A DNA stretch of 64,000 nt from Rebecca billardiae RCC1528. Lineage: Eukaryota; Protista; Haptophyta. The notes beneath the pieces were generated by a model. It made no database searches. It was not told where the DNA came from and worked only from the letters and a program-made list of their open reading frames with translations. Positions 57,324 through 64,000 of the stretch are shown here, in pieces. The stretch spans positions 372,001-436,000 of the forward strand of contig OZ251248.1 of assembly GCA_965240325.2 (NCBI GenBank), in the 5' to 3' direction. The translations under genes and the position numbers were made by a program. Numbering within the stretch: position 1 is the stretch's first letter; every line of letters begins with the position of its first letter.

Positions 57324-58550
57324 ATGCGCGACGAGATCGCGGCGGGGGCGGCGAGATCGCGGCGGGGGCGACGGGCAACAACCTGCCCGCGGGCGCGTTC
57401 GTCACTCGAGGAGCAGCGCGCAAGGGCGAGCCGAGTCCGGAGCACGCGAGCTCGTCGCTCGCCGCCCGGAGCAGAGCGCGCCGCTGCGAGCGAGCGGCGC
57501 GGCAGCCGGATGCGCCCGGAGCTCGCGCGGCTGAAGGGCGAGCTTGAGCACGCGAGCTCGCGCCTCGACGCCGAGCGCGAGCTCCTCCTCAACTCGGTCG
57601 ACGGCGGCGCGGAGGTGCAGCAGCGTGAGGACGAGCAGGAGCATCAGTGAAACGCGCGCCGGTTCCGGGTCGCGCAGCGGTGCCCAGCTGCCTGCCACGC
57701 GAGCGGCGGCCACGTGGCGCGAGGAGCTGCGTGGGGAAATCGCCGCGCGCGTCGACGCGGCGATCACCGGGCTGCAGGCCTCGGCAATCGACGCGGTGCG
57801 CACCCTCGCCGCCAGCCGCGACGACTCCGCCGTCGAGCTGCAGCAGCTGCGCGCGCAGATGCCAGAAGTGCCGATGGGCGGCGGCGTATCAGCAGGCTGA
57901 CGTGCACGAGCACGTGACACGCGGAGGCGCTAGGCGCCAAGCTGGCGAAGTGCGGCGCCGAGCTCGACGAGCTGAGCGACGCGGCAACGGACGCGCTGGG
58001 CGCCCGCGCCGCCATCGTCGCGGCGCCCTCCAGCAGCTCGAGCAGCTGTGGATAGTTGGCCGTCGAGGCGACCGCGGGTGTGACTCACAGTGTGAGTGAG
58101 CCGGCGCGCGGCTCAGCCTGCCGCTGGCAGCCGCCGTCTTCGAGGCCGACGCGGCGGAGGAGGCGGCGGGCGAGCACGGCGGCGCGGTGGAGCAGGCGCG
58201 CACGCGCGGCGGCAGGCGCGACGCGCCGCTCGCCTCGTTCCACCGCCCCGAGCTCCGCTCGGTCGGTCTCGGTGCGAGGCTGCGCAGCCGGCAGGCCGGG
58301 GCCAGCAGTGGCGCGCGCTCTCGCTCTGCCGGCACGAGCGACCAGCGGCCCGTCGTCGAGCGCATGGCGCAGGGCGAGTACCTCAAGCAGGTGCGCCCGC
58401 TCGCGCGCACGCGCCGGCTCGCGCCGCGCCAGCGCCTCTCGCCCTGCCTGCGCGCGCGCGCCGGCCGCTACTGTCCGGAGTCCCCGCGGCGGCCCGCGGA
58501 CCCGCGGCGACAGTCCTCGGCCCGCCGGCCCGGTGGGCGGCAGTGACTGA
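57324..58550 (+). pseudogene. Degraded coiled-coil-like gene fragment in a ~1.8-kb insertion (~56848-58670) within the spacer
   Basis: Helical peptide pieces in shifting frames (MRPELARLKGELEHASSRLDAERE; WREELRGEIAARVDAAI; QRPVVERMAQGEYLKQ). The segment is absent from sister spacers. Confidence 0.4.
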
Positions 58551-59896
58551 GTTGGCGGTGGCAGCTCAGGCGAACTGTTACACATGTCAGACTGAGACAG
58601 CAGCCGACGGAGGGGGCGCCGCGGGCCCCGAACTACGTTCGTTCTACGGAAAAAGACCGCGGAACGCGGTCATGTATCGGATAAATCATAAATGATGTCG
58701 TCAACCGCCACCGGCACTCGTCCGGGCGTCCCGTCGTCTGACGTCATTCATCATCTGAACTGCTGTGCGGACGATTGTACGACTGGCATGCGCGCACTCG
58801 ATGTGCCTGCTGTGAAGCTCTTCGTCAGACAGCCCGTCAGTTGACGATACCGACTCATACCGCCGGGGGCGCGGGGCCACCGGCCGCGAGTTCACGGCGG
58901 TGTCGGCGCACTTCGTCTTCGTATCCAGTCTGACAACCGCTCTCCATTCCCGTTGCGAAGTCGACCCACGACACATGTGGGCGGCGCCAAGGTGACGGCG
59001 CCCGCGCCTGCGGCCCGCAGTCGGCGGTGCCGAAGCCGAGCTTTGCTCGCCACGCACGGCTGTCTGTCTGTCACCGATCCACGCGCAGCACGTCGGCCGG
59101 CCTGCCTCATCGCGTGAGGCAGCAAGGCGGTGGAACGCCGAGGGATGCGAGCGCTTCCGCGAGCGCTCCCGCGAGCGTGATGTGCGCGAGAGCTCACCAG
59201 AAGCGGTCGAGAGGCGAGGGGCTCCGAGGTGCCGACAATGGTGGTCGTGCCGACGCCATCGAGTGGCGCGGGCGGAACCGGCGGCCGGAGGTACGGAAAC
59301 CTCACAGATCGACGAAATTGCTCTGTCACTCACTGTTCCATGGGTTTGCATCGTCATCGTGGTCCGGGCGGTGAGCACGGGTTTTCCCGATGGCGGCCGA
59401 GGTTCATGCATGGTCGCCGCCGCCATCGGCCAGCCCGCTGCGCCGCGCGCCGGCTGCTTCGTCGCGAGTGCTCGACGGAGCGCGCTGCTATTACGCGCGC
59501 CGGTGCACCGGCGCGGCGCGTGCCGTCGCCAACGGCGCGGCGCGCTCGTGCTCCGCCCGAGGAGGGGGCCAAAAACTTGGTCACCTCCCACTCTGTTGAC
59601 TTGTGTGGCTCCTGTGAGGATCCACACGCGTCACCCGGCCTCTCCCACCCCTCTGTTGGGTCTGTGTGCGCACGCGGGAATAGCCCGCGTGCCGGGGCCA
59701 TACCTCCCACTGGGAGGGCGTACACTTAAAGAGCGTAGCTTATGGCAACTGATGGTCTTAACTGACTGTGGGCAAACGTCCGGAAAACGGGAAACGTTCA
59801 TCAAAGAAACTCTGGGCGCAGGACTGCTGCAGCCCTCCGCCTGGCCAGCGGGGCGACGCACGCGCCAGCCGGTGCGCTGTGGACAAGCTGGCCGGC

Positions 59897-61063
59897 ATGG
59901 TCGACGTGGGGCACCCCAAGTGTGAGCACGTGGGCTGCACCAAGCGGCCTTCGTTCGGCTTACCCGGCGACGCGCGCGCCAGCTGGTGCGCTACGCACAA
60001 GCTGGCCGGCATGGTCGACGTGGTGAAGCGCAAGTGTGATCACACAGGCTGCACCATGCAGCCTTCGTTCGGCATGCCGGGCGACGCACGCGCCAGCCGG
60101 TGCGCTGCGCACAAGCTGGCCGGCATGGTCGACCTGAAGCACCCCAAGTGTGAGCACGCGAGCTGCACCAAGCGGCCTTCGTTCGGCATGCCGGGCGACG
60201 CGCGCGCCAGCCGGTGCGCTGTGCACAAGCTGACCGGCATGGTCGACGTGTTGAAGCGCAAGTGTGATCACACAGGCTGCACCAAGCGGCCTTCGTTCGG
60301 CATGCCGGGCGACGCGCGCGCCAGCCGGTGCGCTGTGCACAAGCTGACCGGCATGGTCGACGTGTTGAAGCGCAAGTGTGATCACACAGGCTGCACCAAG
60401 CGGCCTTCGTTCGGCATGCCGGGCGACGCGCGCGCCAGCCGGTGCGCTACGCACAAGCTGGCCGGCATGGTCGACCTGAAGCACCCCAAGTGTGATCACG
60501 CAGGCTGCACCAAGGTGCCTTTGTTCGGCATGCCGGGCGACGCGCGCGCCAGCCGGTGCGCTACGCACAAGCTGGCCGGCATGGTCGACGTGGTGAGCCG
60601 CAAGTGTGATCACGCCCGCTGCACCAAGCGGCCTTCGTTCGGCATGCCGGGCGGCGCGCGCGCCAGCCGGTGCGCTGCGCACAAGCTGGCCGGCATGGTC
60701 GACCTGAAGAGCCGCAAGTGTGATCACACAGGCTGCACCAAGGGGCCTTCGTTCGGCATGCCGGGCGACGCGCGCGCCAGCCGGTGCGCTGTGCACAAGC
60801 TGGCCGGCATGAAGCGCCTCAGGAGTGGTGCGCACATTCGGCACAAGCGTGGCCTGGAGCAAGGCTCGAGCACCACAGCGTCGAGCGCCGCCAAGCGACA
60901 GCGGACGCACACCAGCAGCACAGGCACGACCTCTGACGCCGCAGCAGCCGCAGCGCAGCCGCGGCCGCGGTCGCAGCTGCCGCCGGTGGTCAAGGCCCGC
61001 GTTGCATCGACGCCACTACCGCATTCTGCACGGCCTGTGGTGATGGCTAGGCGGGTCAACTGA
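59897..61063 (+). CDS. EsV-1-7 repeat protein, copy 6 (8 repeats)
   Basis: Same repeat and tail. The frame is open from 59768. Confidence 0.85.
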   Translation: MVDVGHPKCEHVGCTKRPSFGLPGDARASWCATHKLAGMVDVVKRKCDHTGCTMQPSFGMPGDARASRCAAHKLAGMVDLKHPKCEHASCTKRPSFGMPGDARASRCAVHKLTGMVDVLKRKCDHTGCTKRPSFGMPGDARASRCAVHKLTGMVDVLKRKCDHTGCTKRPSFGMPGDARASRCATHKLAGMVDLKHPKCDHAGCTKVPLFGMPGDARASRCATHKLAGMVDVVSRKCDHARCTKRPSFGMPGGARASRCAAHKLAGMVDLKSRKCDHTGCTKGPSFGMPGDARASRCAVHKLAGMKRLRSGAHIRHKRGLEQGSSTTASSAAKRQRTHTSSTGTTSDAAAAAAQPRPRSQLPPVVKARVASTPLPHSARPVVMARRVN

Positions 61064-61532
61064 CCGCCGCCCGGCGCGCCGCCGCCGCCGCCGCCACCGC
61101 TGTGCTCTCGCGCGAGGAGATCGCAGGGCCAATCGTCGAGGTGCTCGCCGAGATCTGCGAGCGCGTGCGCGTGCTCGCGGCGAGCGGCGTCGACGCGGGC
61201 GCGCTCGGTGGATGCTCGTCTCTCCCGCCGACCTCGAGGCGGAGGCGGCGGCGGCGGCAAAGGAGGAGCGCAAGGAGGCGCAGGCGCGCGAGGCGGTGCA
61301 GGCAAAGGAGGCGGCGCGGCTGGAGATGCGCGCCGTGTCGCCCGAGCAGATGTTCCGCCCCGAGAACGACGTGCTCTTCGGACGCGAGGCGCCGTTCACG
61401 CAGTGCGCCAGTCAGTGCGCGCCCCGCGCCGTGCGCCGCGCGCGCTACGCGTGTCGAGCCTGCGTCCGCCGGCGCAAGCGCGCGGAGAAGGTGTTCAGCA
61501 AGCACAAGGTCAAGGCCATCTTTGAGAAGTGA
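61064..61532 (+). pseudogene. Duplicated CysRS 3' fragment (unit 6), two deletions
   Basis: 82-bp deletion as in units 1 and 2, plus loss of the last-intron acceptor region. Confidence 0.88.
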
Positions 61533-61732
61533 ATGGCGCCGCCGTCTGCGCCCGACTTGCTTGATGTGGCGCAAACCCCGCTGCCGCCCGCGTGCCGTGC
61601 TCGACGGATATAGCCGCTGCACGCGTACAGCAGCGGCAGCGCAGTCGTCCGGTCCGGCCCGCCGCCCGTCACTCTACTGTCTACTCACTCTGCAGCGGCA
61701 CGCCAAGCACCGTATATATATATATATATATA

Positions 61733-62226
61733 AGGTTGAACTTTTCCTTGGCTCTGGCTTCGGTTGACCCCTGCCAGAGACGGGCACTGTGAGCTCCTTC
61801 ATGAAGTCACTCGTGAAAACTGCACAGGAGGACCTCAATGGATGCCTAGATGATGACTTCAGAGCGATATTGGGCCAACAAGCACTTCCTCTATAGTTCA
61901 GACTCTATTTTTACTATGTATTTACCCATTTCAGACTCTGGTCAGAACACGGTCCGGGAGCGATCCGGATGCACCCGTAGCTATTGGAAATATGTCACCG
62001 GACTGGGTAAATAGCTATGAAAATTAGAGTCTGAAGTAGTCACAAACTGAGTTTCACACCCTGGGCACTTATTGGCCATCCATAGTAACCCTACTTGGAG
62101 CCCTGTGGGACACTTCGGGCGTTCATTCGGCCGCAGGAATGCGAAGATCATTTTCGGTACGCCCGGTTTCTATGATGACCGGACTGGCAGGGGTCAACCG
62201 GAGCCAGAGCCCCTTTGGTCCGATCT
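61733..62226. mobile_element. MITE-like element (~490 bp) in (TA)n
   Basis: Subterminal 28-bp inverted repeat GGCTCTGGCT(T/C)CGGTTGACCCCTGCCAG (61750-61777 and 62184-62211, one mismatch), with TA tracts on both sides. Confidence 0.75.
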
Positions 62227-63206
62227 ATATATATATATATATCTAGCTGAACTAACGAGTAACGACTAACGCCGTAACGGCGTAATAATAATCATTTAAT
62301 AGCAGTTTAAACGGCCGCTGCACAGCCACAGGCACAGGGCACTCCGCACTCGGCTGACTCGTATCGAGAGTATTCGGACGGTATACTCCGTATAGTCGAC
62401 TGATCGTGGACAGTGATATATATATGTCTAGCCACTCCGCCATGCCCGGCTCGTACAAGGCGTCGGGTACGAATGGACTCTGGAGCTGGATGGTCGCGGC
62501 GCGCGGCGTCGTGGAGTAGACAGACCACAATGATCAATCATGGAACGATCAGGTTAGCTATGTTGGGATTTGAGCAACGAACGACAGCGGGCGCTGGCAG
62601 CGGCGTGGCGGTTGAGCTGCTGCCCGAGGTCGAGAGGGCGCCCGCGAGTCGTCAGTCACTGAGCAAGGTCGATTAAGGCTGATGGCTCGCTGACACTGCA
62701 GTGCTTCCATATCCGCCAGAGGCCGAGGGTGGGCGGGCGGGCAAACGATGAAGCGTGCGGGTTGACGCGACAGCGGCGAGAGCAAGAGACCATTGCATGA
62801 GGGGCGACGCGGCGAAGACAGATGATGACGTCGCGCCGCCGAACGATCAGGCGGGGAGCCGGGCCACACAGACAGCCAGCGACCTTACCGAGCAGAGGGG
62901 CTGCGGCGACTGCGGTGCACCTCCTGCAGCGGAGCGTGCACCCGGCAGTGCCCGATGCAGGCGATTCCCTTGCCCAGCTCGGCGCCTTCGTCGTGAGCAG
63001 CCCCATGGCGCCCCCGAGAGTGAAGCCTGATCGATCCGATGTGAGCGGTAACCAACCGAGTCCTGCAGGTGCGCCGCTGTGGGCCAGATTGGCAGCGCAC
63101 CAGGACTCCTGCGCGCGGCGGTGCGCACAGGACAACGCAGGAATGCCGTGCGAGCCGGATTCTTGGCGTCGCTCATAGACACTCAGTTATAGGTTCCCTA
63201 TAACGC

Positions 63207-63209
<3 letters not shown>

Positions 63210-63281
<72 letters not shown>
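63210..63281. repeat. (TA)n microsatellite followed by (TG)n
   Basis: Direct observation. Confidence 0.97.
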
Positions 63282-63292
<11 letters not shown>

Positions 63293-63718
63293 GGGTTATT
63301 GGTACAATAACTGATTGTCTAAGAGGACGACAAGAACGCCGGGCGCCAGCGCCGCTCATCAGCCACATCGCCCTCTACCAGACCATCGCCTCAAAGCGCT
63401 GCTCCCGGACAAACAGTCTGTCCGGGTTTGTCGCCGCGGAGATCTGCTGTTTCCGGCGCCCCCTGGCTGCTTCGCCAGGCGCGGGCGCGCGAGATGGCTG
63501 CAGCCGGGCTCGTGGCCCTGCGTCGCCGGCGGCGGCGGCTCGCACGCGGGTGGCGCGTCGCGTGCACCGACCAACATCTTTCGGCTGCCGCTCGCCAAGG
63601 CATGAGGACACGTAAATCCCACTGAGTAGGAACACACGCAGCCGCCTCGGCATCGACATGCCAGGCGGCGTGCCCACCTTCGGCCAGCAGTTGGCGTCGG
63701 CGTTCACGAGGACGGCTA

Positions 63719-63861
<143 letters not shown>

Positions 63862-64000
63862 AAACTACTACGTACTCCGCGCCGCCTGCGGCCCGTGCCA
63901 CAGTGACTTTAACCTGTTTCTCAAAGACTCAGAGCAGGCCCGTACCGTGGTAGTCTACTGTCTCCCTGGACCTGGTAGTCTCACTCGGCACTACGTAGTA

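Noticed and set aside
59290-59772. ~480-bp segment unique to the copy-6 upstream region as a Transib-like element (CACAG...CTGTG)
   Set aside because: There is only a 5-bp inverted match and no TSD. The insertion is real but unclassifiable.

Overview
This is very GC-rich eukaryotic DNA with GT(GCG)..CAG introns and aminoacyl-tRNA synthetases carrying signal-peptide-like leaders. That points to an alga with a complex plastid, probably a haptophyte (inference). The first 17.3 kb is ordinary compact gene space: the 5' exons of a TyrRS (-), a low-complexity hypothetical gene (-), a large gene with IQ-like and PROSER3-like motifs (-), and a complete 5-exon eukaryote-type CysRS (+). From 17.3 kb onward the window is a tandem array of six copies of one unit: spacer, then an intronless gene made of 38-aa EsV-1-7-type C-C-C-H repeats, then a duplicated 3' end of CysRS. 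The six genes carry about 7, 13, 7, 6, 9 and 8 repeats. Their framework is nearly invariant while a few positions are hypervariable and freely reshuffled, and all end in a shared basic tail. This looks like a diversifying modular recognition system. The spacers, but never the repeat ORFs, are filled with transposons. These include two recent Ty1/copia LTR elements (one carrying an extra MYND-like zinc-finger ORF and nested inside a mariner-like MITE), several TIR elements (some sitting in (TA)n tracts) and a GGTACA-rich foldback element. All calls were made by eye; no searches were run.
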